Shown one piece after another: positions 10,906 to 24,400 of a stretch of DNA of 64,000 nucleotides (positions are counted from its first letter, which is position 1; every line of letters begins with the position of its first letter). Location of the stretch: contig KZ538232.1 of NCBI GenBank assembly GCA_000934665.2, positions 1 to 64,000 on the forward strand. The letters are read 5' to 3'. The translations under genes and the position numbers were made by a program. The notes below the pieces were generated by a model. The model was not told where the DNA came from. It ran no database searches and was given only the letters and a program-made list of their open reading frames with translations. Origin of the DNA: Catajapyx aquilonaris (Eukaryota).

Positions 10906-12458
10906 GAATGTGACCAATTTCCTGAATCGTATGCCTCATGTTTGTTTATATGATCTACCGTATATTTTGTGCCTATATTTTCTTGAGTCGAAAGTATAAA
11001 GTGAACACAACGATAGGCCTATTAAATCACCAAGAATTACTTGTGTTGTTGTTATCCACTGGAGCATCAACTTGCAGAGCGAAGGTGCTTGTATAGGTAA
11101 GCAGTTACTTGTAGCTGCTACAAAGAATGAATATAGCGGTGAATGAGGCTGTCTGCCCACCCCCCAGGGCCCAGCCCCTCCCTCCGTCGTCCATCCCCTG
11201 CCCCGGCCTGAGGGGGACACGGAGCGACGACCCACCGACCTGACCTGCCATCCCCAGCCATGCCCCACGATCCTTCCGCTATGCCCAGCCCCCAGCCAGC
11301 ATCACATGAATACAGTAGCGAGTAGTAGGAGAGGAAGAGAGGCCCCCACCGGCCAGGCCTAGAAGCTACGCTGCCCCTCTCCCCGTGTCGGCTGAGCATC
11401 GGGTGCGTTTCAGCCCCCCCCACACCCCCGATCAATCTTGACTCTAGTGTAGTAGTGTGTGTGTGTGGACGAGAGGGGACAGGGTGGGGAGTCATGGGGA
11501 GTGGGCTCTGCTGGTGGTGGTGGTGCTTCCTCTGCTGACCACCGCCCGTGGTCAAGTCGGCCCCAGGGGCGGGACTGCAGGGAGGGAGGGAGGCTGTGCG
11601 GTGAAGAGAGTGTGGGCGTACGGCAAGTGTGCGGGAAGGCATCTGCAGGGGAGGGAGCGACACCCGCCGAACACCACCTGTCACTCCTCGCAGGCGGGAG
11701 GGACGAGCTCCAGACGGGGGACCCTCTACGCCGCTGACCCCGATCACGTAAGCCAGGAGGCGGGGAATACCTGATCGCCGGAAAAGGGGACCACTGCCCG
11801 AAAGACCGGTGCGTATCACCCCACGCCCTCCCGCTGCCCCATGCAGGGCAGGGATGGTCATGTAGTAGTGGACAGGAGGGCAGGGCTGCATTTCCAGTGA
11901 CACAAGCCCTTGTCGCAATATAATTCAAAACTTGAAATAATATTGCACTTTTAAACCACCACTTGACATTCCAAGAGCACGTCAGTAATCAAGTCAGGAG
12001 GATGGGGATTTTAGAAAGCATCACACTGGAAGACTGGGGGCCATGCAACTGCAGGTGACATCATGAGTAACCAATGCCAACATCGGAGGCATTGCCTATC
12101 CATGCGTTACCCTCCGCAGACATGTCTGATGCTTTTTTTTGCTGCCAGATGGGACTGCATCCAAATGGGATGATCTCACCTTACCTTTTGTAGCGAGTTT
12201 TGTAGCGTATCCAGAGACTTCAGATAATAAGAGTGACTAGTGCAAATTGAAATGGGCCATGAGTGAACGCATCACCATGCAGAACATCAGTAGGGGTGAT
12301 CAATGGTTGAAACTAACACTGAGAGGTCTGTCTAAGGATGTACTGAGGCAGTGATCCTACCAGCCGCTCAAAATTTTCTCCTAGTTGCCTGATTCACTGC
12401 AAAAATCTGGCTTCTGCCGTTTACCATGCTTTACTTTTTGATGGAGGTGACTGATGAC

Positions 12459-13086
12459 CAAAGATTGGATATCTAGGTTCTGAAAAACCCTCAAATAGAT
12501 AGGCATTTAGGTCCTGAAAACAGCTAAAATAGGATCTTAATAGGCTCTAAAAATCAAGCAGGTCCTGATTTATTTTCAGTCCCATGCAAGACCCACGTAG
12601 GTTTACAGCCTACTCTTGGCCATGTAATTTTGCAACACAGTAACAAATTAGCAGTTGTTCCACATTTTAGTTTTTTCATTATTATTTGTCGGCGATGCTG
12701 GTGTGACATTACAACTTTATACGCTGAAAATGACCTTTCGTTGTCACACAAAGTAACTGGATCATTCTTGAAAAGTTAAATGTCTTGTACAGCCAGTTCA
12801 TCCAGCATGTCTATACGCTACAGCTTCTTCACTATTCACAGATTGAAGCGGGAGGGATGACTTGAACGGAATACAAGTAAAAACTGCCAAAAATATTACG
12901 ATATATAAATAGGTGAAAATAGGCGCTAATAGGCCACTTAGGTCCCAAAGTCCGAAATAGGCAATTTTAGGTTTTATATAACTGCAATTTTTGAGGTCCT
13001 CGAGTTATGAAACGGATAGATACTTTGGTTCCGGTGTTCTGCCTACAAAAGAAAAAGTAGGTAAAAACCAAGAAATCCATTCTTTG
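12459..13086. mobile_element. P-like non-autonomous element
   Basis: TIR CAAAGATTGGATATCTAGGTT / AACCAAGAAATCCATTCTTTG (imperfect); 8-bp flanks CTGATGAC / CTGAAGAC; repeated internal AAATAGG motifs. Confidence 0.6.
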
Positions 13087-14137
13087 CTGAAGACGTTCCA
13101 AGTACCAGTAGCAAGGGAGACTGGGGTTGGATAGGTGGGTGGAGGCACTGCCATTATCCCCATGTTTTCAATGGGCTAACGGCATATTTATCATGACACA
13201 TGTTAATTTAAGGATACTAGAGACCCCAAAGGACAAATATAATATATTGACTCCTGTCTTTGCCAATATGCCAGACAAGCCTTCCTGCATGCATGCAAAT
13301 CCCACAAGGTTCTGGGAGCATTGATTTTGCAAATACATCACATGTGCCCTTCTCCTCCCTTTCAGTAGGTGGCTTTCTGACATTGCAGTGACTTTTGAAC
13401 AATTTTAATACCAATCTTGAGGAATTCTATGCATATACGTATCTTGATCGGTGTGGCATTCCAAACTGTTGTTAGCTTAGGCCATGTGATTTTTAATACT
13501 GTATAAAAGTAAAGATTCTAGCAAAGTTACTTCGTAAAATAAGATTAGTTCCCAAAAATTCTCACTGAAATGGACAATTCCATTGGATTGCTCTGCATGC
13601 CTTGGGTTTCGTAATTAAATTTTATCCTACTTCGACATTCATATCAAGGGAAATACCACATGTACGTGCTACTGTGAAACTTCCAGTGTGACTTCAAATC
13701 ATGCATGCTGTTGTAAGGTCCATTTAATTTAATAATTAAATTGCTAACATGAGACAATGGAGCCAGTCAAGATGTGTTCAAAAGCTTGTGAAAACCTGTG
13801 TTTTCCATCAAATTTGAGACAATTTAGCATTTCTGAGAAGTCAATTGACAAATGGGGACATTGGGGAGTGCAAATAATTTGCTTCTAGGTCTCCCTACCA
13901 CAATTTTCGTGAATCTATGAACACAGGAAATTGTCTCATGTTTCGTTGTCCAAGACCCATTCCTCCTCATTCTCCCTACTTGTAAAATGACCTATCCTCA
14001 TTCCTGTAGCACATTCCGAATATCTCACCCTGCCTACTTCTTTGCCTCACACTGAGAACACATTACCATCATTTTCCAGCATTTACTGGTACATATTGTA
14101 TGCCTCACATTGTGTCACAGGTGTCATGCCAGGAGGG

Positions 14138-14420
14138 AAAGAGTAGGCCTTACTGGCATGGCGGAGGTGGCAGGGTGAGTGGTGGCTGGGGCAGCTTGGC
14201 TGTATCGCAAAGGCAAGGATGCAAGGATTGATTTTTTGGATTTTTGAAGGGGTATACTCTACCAACCTAACCTAACCAAGCCTAACCTTCCTTCCTTGCT
14301 GATACAGACCTATCTTCAGCAGATATACGCCTATCCTTTATCCTTGCCTTTGCGACACAGCCCACTGCCTCCACCGACTACTACCCTCCCGCCTCCCGCA
14401 CGCCGGTAAGGCCAACTCTA
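14138..14420. mobile_element. Palindromic MITE-like element with central AACCT repeats
   Basis: AGAGTAGGCCTTACTGGC..GCTGTATCGCAAAGGCAAGGAT is mirrored by ATCCTTGCCTTTGCGACACAGC..GCCGGTAAGGCCAACTCT; the centre contains CCAACCTAACCTAACC. Confidence 0.6.
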
Positions 14421-15486
14421 TCCGCAAGGAGTGTGGTGTCCTGAAGGCCTTGAGCCTGTTTTCAGTGTGGGTATGAAACAAGTCTTAATATGAAATTGGT
14501 TTAGATTCCGTGGAAACTCTTGGAGTTAATTTCTGTAAGCATCTGACTATTGAACCATTATTTCTACCATTTTGGTTTGCAAGATCTTCAAGAGGTCTAC
14601 ACGTCACACTATACAGTTTCCCTTTCAAAGCTCAAAGCTCAGGTGCAGGTATTAGCAGTATACAGGATTAGATAGATAGATCCTTGAGGAGTAGTGAGAC
14701 CTCAAGTCCTCCTTAAGCCTATTTTACAAATGGATGTTGCATCATTTGTAATGCTTGATTTTTTTTGCACACCATTCTTGACGTCATTTTTTGTCGCTGC
14801 ACTTCAAATCCCGGCGACAAAAAATTAAGTAACAATTGGTGTGAAAAACACTTCGTGTTCCAATTGCATACCACAAACGGTGTAATGTCCATTTGTGAAA
14901 TAGGCTTTAGTGAATAGTGCTGTTGATGTATATGGAAAGGGGAAGTGGAAGGAAAGGTGACCCCTGGTGAAATGAGAATGTGACCAAGGCTGTGTGGCAT
15001 AAGGAGGAGGCCCACTTAGCTATGCTTCAGGGCAGTGGAAGTGGAAGAGGCTTCTGACACACTGCCATCAGAGTCGTTGCAAGTGTCTTTTTAAAAAATC
15101 TTCTAAGTACACTGCACAGCGATCCCCACCATCATCATTACCCTTTACCTCCCACCCAGGCATTCAAGCCAGTGTGCACAGGCAGGGAAGCTACATCGCA
15201 GGATTTCAAATACAATTATTATCTCCACCGTGGAGCTGAAATTGAGAATACCCACCTTGGGTGATTGCACCTTACTGTTAGAATAACTCAAGGAACCTAC
15301 ATTCGAGAGGAAATGTGCCCCTTTTGTACTACCCTATGTGACACCTAATATATTTGGCTCAACCCCTTATTCGGTTTTTTCTCAGGAATTCCTTCAATTT
15401 TTATTCCACTATTGTGAATGGTTATTTACCTGCAACTATTATTGTAATATGCTTCCATCTGCTAATATTTGCAGAGGCCTGCCTTG

Positions 15487-18400
15487 ATGCGAATGCGTGG
15501 TGGAAAACCTGCATCACCAGCAATGGAGCGGATGGCCCCAAGCAGTGGTGGAGCCTGGTGGTGGGAGCCCACACTCTCACAGTTGTTGTCTTCTTTGGAA
15601 GAAGCTCGCCAGCAACAGAGTCCACAGGTCGGCTCCGAAGAGGAGATGGGTTTTCTTTCATCACTTCTACAATCCAAGCAGCTCCATGCTCTGGTCAAGG
15701 TCCACAATGTCATTGCAGGAGGAGGAGGAATTGGGATGGGAGGGATAGGGGGATTGGTTGGACTCCCTCCTGCATTACAAGGTAAAGAGTGACTCAGTCA
15801 TTTCACATTACTATTCCCCTGCCCAACTGTACCATATACTGGTACAGCTTGCAGGACTTACAAGGGAACGACCAAGGACGGTCGCCTCCAATTTGGTTGA
15901 CCCTCATGTGCGACAGACACAGTGGGGAAAGTCCTAGATGCCACTGTCCAACCGTTTCCGAGATGTGAGTGACAAAAAATAAATTAATTTAGGCCGCACA
16001 TACAGGTGTCGGGTGGGAAGGGACAAGTGCAAGGCCCGGCAAGGCCCCTATGCCCCTATACGCGCTGCAAATATTAGGTTGTTTCTGTCGCTCATATCTC
16101 GGAAAGGGATGGACAGTGGCATCTAGGACTTTCACCACCGTGTCTATAGCACATAAGAGACCCCTCAAGTGAGTTTCAACCAAATCGGAGGTGAACTACC
16201 TTGGTCGTTCCCTTGTTAGCTGCACAGCTGTTTCAAGATAAAAATGAAAGCAGTGTTTGATAGGTCATGAAATCTTAGGAGGGGCACAAGTATGGCAAAT
16301 ACTAAACTTGGTCATCACCCTTGGTCCAAGGTACATTTGAATGTTGTCACCTATATTTTTGAAGTGTGTTTTAGGTGTTTTTATTTTTTGTTAGTTCCAT
16401 AGGTTATTTAGGAATCTACATCATTAACTAGCTTTGTTGTGACAAATTATTTGGTTATGTCTCCCGAACCTGTAATGTGATTCCATGGCATTGTCCTGGC
16501 CATTAGCATAAAATTGGAGAGTGTCTGATGTGGATGGAAGTGTAAACCTGCCAACTCTCTGAGTGACTGGGACAAGTGTAGTGTGTTAATACCTCATATC
16601 CATGTAACTTTCAAAATTGGAGACTTCAGGAGATTGTCCCTAACAGTAGGTAGGAAAGCAGAGTAACAGATGGCTATCTTCATATAGGTTTAATTACAGT
16701 AAAACTTCCATAAGTCGAATCTCCATGGGACCAGGAAAAAACTTCAAGTAGAGAAGTTTGGAATTATTGAAGCACCTAACTCTATAAGGAAGCCTACCTT
16801 TATATCCAGCGACGAAACATAGTGTATCAATAAAAATGAGGGGGTGAAAATCAAAAACCGACAGCTCCGTCATAAACATAACGGAGAAAAATGGGAAAAA
16901 CCTACAGTTTCGCTGTATGTCAATGTAGACACCTGAATGTAGCGGCTATAGATTCCTTTACTAGCAACTCAACCATTGGTAAGTTATTATGAAATCATCA
17001 GCCATAACCCAATGAGCTGTGGACCGTCCATTCCACCACTGGCCGGTTTTTGATTTGCAACAGGCTGGAGTTGGCGCTTTTTGATGCAAAATTGAGTGAG
17101 GGAAACATGAAACACAGGTTTATCCGGCGTGTAAATGTTTAAGTTTATTCCACGCTTACATACCAACGTTCCATTACATTACGCAAGGTATTCTGTTAAA
17201 TGCGCATCTCATTCGCACCGTCGTTATCCGTACGAGCTTCGCAGTATGTACTGTCTCTCATGTCAGCTTTAGTTTCGTGGGAGCTGGCGGTTTTTGATCT
17301 GTGATTTTCTGCAAGTGGGGATGGAGCTGGTGGTTTTTGTTACGGAGGTCGCTTTTCACCCGTGAATTTGACGGCTTTGTTGTAGGGTTTTTAATACCAT
17401 ATTCAGGTATTATGTACTCCATGGCATGATGAATGCATTGCCTGCGCTAACTCATTTTTTTTGTTTTTTGGAGCTGTCGGTTTTTGCTTTTCACCCCCTC
17501 AAATGTGTCATTATGGTGCTGTGGCTATTGCCACTACCATACCTTACCTGAGAGGTACAGTTTTATCTCCAATCAAGGGGATAATTTTCTGACATGGGAG
17601 GAATTTCATAGGTTCTCTCTCTCCGTGTTATGGTGGATTTTCTCAGGGTCATCGGATTTTCTCCTCATTCAAAATATATCACCATTGAAGTTAAGAAGAT
17701 ACAGTAATGTTTGCCTGTTCACAAAGACATACAGTAGATGCAAGGACATTGTGCAATGCCTGGAAATAATATATTTGTAACTTGTACATGGTGTCCAAGG
17801 TATCTGGTTGCCCATTCCTTCGAACAACGATTTATCTTCACTGGTTCAACCTAGCCTAAATAATATCAATCCTCACTTGCTTGTGAATATAATTTCATTA
17901 TAAGTATGAAAAATATTTTATATACATTCCCTAAAAGGTGGAGGAGACAACAAACTACATCCAGTTTTGTCAAACTCAGAAGAGATAGCACTTGAGGTAG
18001 CTGAACTCCTCGATGCAAGACTAGGAATTGGGGTTGGAGTGGTAGGAGGGGTAGGAGTTGGGATCGTGCCCCCTTCTGCTCCTACACACTTGGCACAGCA
18101 ACTTAATGATGCTTGGGAGTTGCAGAGGCTACTACAGACACCACATATGCAGGTAACTATCACACAGTAGCATAAATCTAATTGGGTCTTGACATCACAG
18201 TTGGCATTAATTTAGCAATGTTCAGTAACTTTTAATTATAAGCTGGCAGCATCAGGACCCCAATGAGATTAGTGCTATTATTCATAGAATGATCTGCACT
18301 GTAACCCCCACTATGCAATATATTTGTGCTTGAACGAATATATGTAGATCATTTTATAGAGATCACTACCTTGATACATAAGTTTCCTTGACGATGTGCA

Positions 18401-21400
18401 CTTGATTACAGCTACTCGCAAATATTTCAATTACTTTAATGTTTTAACAATCACAGGAGCATTGTTTACCCATTTTCATGTCTTTGATAAAGTAATCAAC
18501 TTGTCTGCGATTTTTGCAGTCGTGTTCATCAAGGCAGACCAAAATTGCATATAATTTCGACGCTGTCTTTCTTGTCCAGGGTTTGCTCTACGCGCACGAT
18601 GTGATTGCTCAAAAGGACTACTTTCCCAAGCTGCCTGAAGTTCCCATTGAAGTGGATGAAGATGAAGAAACAGTCAAGATTGTGCAGCTTGTCAAGAGCA
18701 ATGAGCCTCTGGTCAGTACTATATATGAGATAAACTTCGCCCAGAGATAATGTTTGATATTTTGGCTCAGAGTATTACATATTATTGCATTCACAGCATG
18801 GATTTTTAGGCACGATATCTAGATTTTACTTGTTAATGCAGAAGGACATTTTCAAGGGATCATTTTTCAGGGTAGTTAGTGGAAAATGCCTTCATCAGAA
18901 TGCTTGTAAGCAGGAATACCTGCTGCGTAGTGCCTAAAATTCCTTGCCGTAGAAACAGGTTTTAATCAAGGGATTAGTCATTGAACATCCTTTTGCTTCA
19001 ACCTTAAATAGAAGTTATTACATGATCTGCTATTAAGCTCCAAAAAAAGTTCACCAATTATGTTTTGCCAGACTGTTCAGTTAGTTATGGTGTTCCATCA
19101 GTCATGCTGCTGAACTGATCCTGAAAACTGTGTACCAAATGCCCCTTTGGGTGCATTTTCATAAGATTGACTAACCTCTTGATTTAAATAGCATAGTGTA
19201 TTACTAATAGTGTATATGGAGGAAGGGTTACAATTAGGGATGCAGCGATGCAGATACCAGTATTAGTACTGGCTAAAAAGCAATATAGCTGGCATTAGTT
19301 TACCAGGACTACATTTATTGGGGTTTGAATAGTCTCCTGTTCACTTTGATAAGTGAGTTACATGGCATAAATGTCATCACATTGATGTTGAAACACATTC
19401 AAACTGCTAAGTTGTAGAATACTAACTACATCCAGGACTAATTTCACATCACAATTTAGTAATAATTGGTTACCATTATTGTTGTTATAGCCATTAACAA
19501 AGCAAATCAAGGAAATGCATTTATCCAACTTATATTATTATATTAACCAACTTGTAGGACTAGGTGTAATACGTTCATTTGAGTGCAAAAAGGTTATGCA
19601 GTAACTTTACAGTGAGGTTACTTGTTAACCCTGGAAGTCAATCTGAAATTGAGAATGCAAATGGACCACAATTCTTAAGATTATTAATCCCATATGAATA
19701 GTGTGGCACAATTTGTACTCTTGGCATTATTGGTGGTGCCAGTGTTCAATTTTGGTATCTGTATTTGCAAAGAGGTAGTGGTGTATCCCTAGTTGAAATG
19801 GCTGAGGTGGCTTTTCTGTTGTTTCTTTTTGTTTCCTTTTTATCCCATCTCCCTCACCCCCCATATCACTTAATTTATTTACCTGCCCAAATTCCCTCCA
19901 TTCTTTATTGCCTTCCTCTTTGTGCTGGGGGTGGCGGCCGATCCTTCCCTCTCATATGATCAAAAGGCTGGTGCCACTGGTGCCGAGCCCATCGTGGTGA
20001 GTAGATGAAGCAACTGACCATTTGAACAAAATACACTTGGGTTGTTCAGATGAAATGGCTTCCCTGCTGATTATGGTCAGGCAATAATGCTATCTGCACT
20101 GAGGGCATGTGACAGAGACTGTGAACCATCCTGTTGCCACATCAAAATTAATATTGAAGTAATTTTAGTAGAGGCAGATCGCCTTCCCAATGACAGTCAT
20201 AATATTCTATTCAGGACAAGCACAGTATTGCAAAAAAAAATTATTTTGTGCCACCTCATTAGTGGTAATTGAAGTAAAAGTTTGATTCAGATACATCCCA
20301 CCAGTGAGTGGAGTTGCCACTGAAAAAAAAGGAGCCATTTACATCTCTACACAGCACTTTGTGCAGAAGATGTGCTCTACCATGATAACAAGAAGCTCTT
20401 TATATGGACAATCAAATAGCAAAGAGAGGAGAACTTTGAATGCAACATGCAAAAGACTTCACACTTCTATAGCTTAGCTTTCCTCTCCTTTTCTCTACTT
20501 CTCTTGCTGGCTGTCTCACTTCTCGCTGCTCACTAAGTGTGTGCTTTTACATTGCCTTGAAAAGTTGTGCATCGTAAGTTTGCTCTGGCCTTGCAACCCT
20601 GTAGGTAGTCATGTGTACTGGCAGTGGGAAGTAAAGGTGACAGTCTGATCCACAGAGGCAGGTAATACGTCAGTGCCAGTCATCAGTTTCATAGGCGATT
20701 TTACTCTCCTGCTGTCACTACAATAATAAGCAGTGGCTCAATCCCAGAATTACATGACAGATGAACCCTAGTTGTTGTTTTTAGTCTTCAATAAACAAGC
20801 ATGAAACCCTCATTTATGAAATCTTAGATTATTCAGCTGCTTGTAAGTAGCAGTGCTTTCTCAATTGCTCACACACATTGAGGTAGTTGGGACAATATGT
20901 TAAGAGATCTTGCAAACCTGTATATGACAATAGTTGTTTAATGTGGTGCTGATGGTTTAATTGATAAGCATATCCTTAGCATGCTTCCAGATGGCACAAC
21001 TTGCCCACTGCTAGTACAGCCTTTTAACTGATGCATACATGAGACCCAAATTGGCCCTGTTGTCAAAATTTGAGTGATTGTGAATAATTAAATATGTGAG
21101 GTCACTCAACTAATTCATACACCTTTCCCCTCGGACATTCAGGGAGCAACCATAAAGACCGACGAGCGCACTGGCAAGATCATAATAGCACGCATTATGC
21201 ACGGAGGTGCTGCTGACCGATCAGGCCTGATCCATGTGGGAGATGAGGTCTGCGAAGTGAATGGTATCAACGTAGAGGGGAAAACTCCCACTGATGTGCT
21301 GGGAATCCTTCAGTCTTCTGAAGGTACCATAACCTTCAAATTGATCCCCTCTAATGGGAGGTCACAACTGAGGGAGAGCAAGGTGAGGGTACGCACATTC

Positions 21401-24400
21401 TTTGAGTACCAGTCAGCAGAGGATCCGTACATCCCATGCAAGGAGGCTGGCTTGGACTTTGTGAAGGGGGATGTGCTGCATATTGTGAGCCAGGATGACC
21501 CTTACTGGTGGCAGGCCAGGAGGGAGGGGGACAGAAACATGAGGGCAGGGCTGATCCCAAGCAGAGCACTCCAAGAGAGGAGAATTCTGGTGGAGCGGAC
21601 AAAAGACCAGGAGCAGCAGGAAGCAGGTAGGGCAGTGGTCAGGATTGTGGTGAAAGCATTGACGTAGAGAAACATGGACTATGCAGACAGAGTGTCAAGG
21701 TGATGCTGCCAATTCTTGAACAGAAGTGATGCAGCACTTAAGTCATAAGCTTTTGATGTGATGATGGTAATCCCGTTGACCTAAGAAGGCTGAATTATAT
21801 TTGATATTATTTTGTGATGATTTTTACTCTAGTACAATTGCAAGGATCTGGAAAAAAAACTATGGTTCCCACTGAGGTTCACTCATTTTTTATTTTTAGG
21901 TAACTCATGATATACGTACTGTATATTTGTGTTCTGAAATTGTGTTAGCATCTATTGCTATTTTCATGGTCAGGGTCAGTTGTATGAAAGCAAATTTAGG
22001 AGGAATTCTCCAGTTACGTTGCATGACATATTGTGATTACTAAGTACTAAAATTATTTTCAGGAAGTGGGACAATTAGGATCTGGGGCTAAGTGAGGTCC
22101 ATGGAAACAGTAATATTATAAACTTCATTTCACTTCTGGACCATAAGTAATTTTTTCAAATAGTGACTCTGACATCAAAGACACCATTTGGAATTTTGCA
22201 TAAGAGAACAGTAAGAAAGTTATTGCAGTTCACGTTTCTCTTGTGTCACTGCTCTTTTGTAACAGTCTTCTAGCTGTGTGCATGGTACTCTAATACTAAG
22301 TGAACCTAAGTTACTTGAAACCATTGTAATGGTTTCAACTAAAAGAAACTGTCTAGGGAGCATGGAAATGATGAAAATAATTCACTGAAACTTATTAATA
22401 GCAGAGTGAATCTTTTCCACCAAAATTTGTACACATTGAATTATGTTTTGACATACATTGCAAATCCTCTGGAAAGACAAAACATAAGTTCTGTAATAGT
22501 CAAGGTTAATTTGAATAAGGGATCTGCCTAAGCAGGTTTATTTTGTGCTACAGGCTCTCTGCTTCAAGATTGCTGATTAAGTTTACTAACTTAAACAAAT
22601 GTAAATTGGGGTGCATTGGTTACCATTGTAAGTCCCAGCCTTGTGCTGCAATCGTGAGTAGGCAGGCCATAGATAGAATGTCATGCCTCAAAAGCATTAT
22701 TGGTAGTCTCATTGTTGTTAGTTGTGTTTGATGTTTCATTGCTTATTTCATAAGTGTCAACCTCCAACCTCAGCTACTGCTACTTGTGTGAAGATAATTT
22801 CTTGCCATCCATTTTGCAATTACAGATAATTATTCAAACAATTCCAATAAGATATCCAGAATAACATATTTACTGGTTTTCAGTATCAATGGTGTTGTGA
22901 AAGATGATTGGCAAGTTATTTTCTCATGCATTCGCATTAGTGAAAATACCTTGATTGCATGATAGCATGCCTATACTACCGGTACTTCAAGGTTCTCCAT
23001 GGTAGCTCTCTGGGAAATGATATGTACCCGAGAGAGTTACCTTTAACCCAGTCATTGGTGTGATATTCTTAGAACATGCTGTAAAGGCATGAAGTGCAGA
23101 CATGCGCACGATTGGGAGGGTGGGCATAAGGGTTTGTGGGTGGGGTCACATTGGCAAATTTTATTTTGAGAAAGAGCTCTCCAAGACCAGAGATATGGAA
23201 AAAGGCAGCAGCTTTGACCCCCCCGAAGCGCTCTGTTCCTTTGCAGTATCCACAGGCGGTTGCGAGGTGTCGGTGTCCATGTCTGCAGGGTTGATGAAAA
23301 GCCCCCAGTGTGTTGGTGGTGGTGTGGATAATGGTTGGGCACCCCTGCCCCGCACTACTAAAAAGATCTTGTATGACATGGCAGAGAACGACGACTTTGA
23401 CCGAGAGGAGATCCCCACCTACGAGGAGGTAGCCAAGCTCTACCCGAGGCCTGGCCTGCATAGACCGTTGGTCCTCATTGGTCCTCCTGGAGTTGGGAGG
23501 AATGAGCTCAAGAGGAGGCTGATTGCCTCAGATCCAGATCGCTTTAGGACCACTGTGCCATGTTAGTTTTTTAAAATTCCTTTTTTGGCTTACTATTATC
23601 CAGATTTCTATTTGCACAAACAATGAGTTATGTATTTTGTCAATCTTACATGGCATACTGACTGTGTGATGTAGCAGTGCATATGACAGTCAAGTCTTCA
23701 ATTGCTGGTTGATGTGCTTCATCTTGTAATATTTTTGTTATACTTTTATGCAATGAAGTAGATTTTTTTCATATACTCTATCTAATAACATGCCTACAAT
23801 AATATTATAATAATAAATAAATAATATAACAATAATATTGTTGGCTATGAAATGCAATCTATATAAATTCAATTGGAAAAGTTACACACAAATATAACAA
23901 ACATGAGTGGATTGCTCCTATTGGGCAAGTAGCATTTGTATTGTGCCTGTGGTTTTTACAGTGAAATTTGGTGACCTTGTAGGTAGGGGCACATTTTGGA
24001 ATCCTATGGATGAGACTCTTTAACACACTTGTTCCTGAACATTTTTAGTAATGGTATCTGCATACATTGACTACCTCGTGCTCATTCCAAAGAACCTTGT
24101 AATTTGTGTAAATTATTCCACAAATTTCAAAATATCTGTAAAATACTCATGAATGCAGCACTATCCAGCTCCCTTGCAGTGACCCTGTTTGTTGATTGGC
24201 TCATAAATATTGAGGACTAAATGAACTTAACAGGAAATAAGAGCATTTTAAAATGCTCTTTAATGGTACACTATAAATAACAAGCATTTTTGTTTCAGAC
24301 TCAACCCAACTATTATTCATGCACAAAGTTCTGTGCTCTGTATGAGGGGCTTATTTCTTGTGAGGAACCATAGGTAAAATCATCTTGTTAATTTCAGACA

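Noticed and set aside
23102..23246. N-terminal part of ORF 23102-23566
   Set aside because: Intronic read-through upstream of the TTTGCAG acceptor at 23246.
24239..24260. 22-bp perfect palindrome AAGAGCATTTTAAAATGCTCTT
   Set aside because: Short, AT-rich and isolated; no supportable function.
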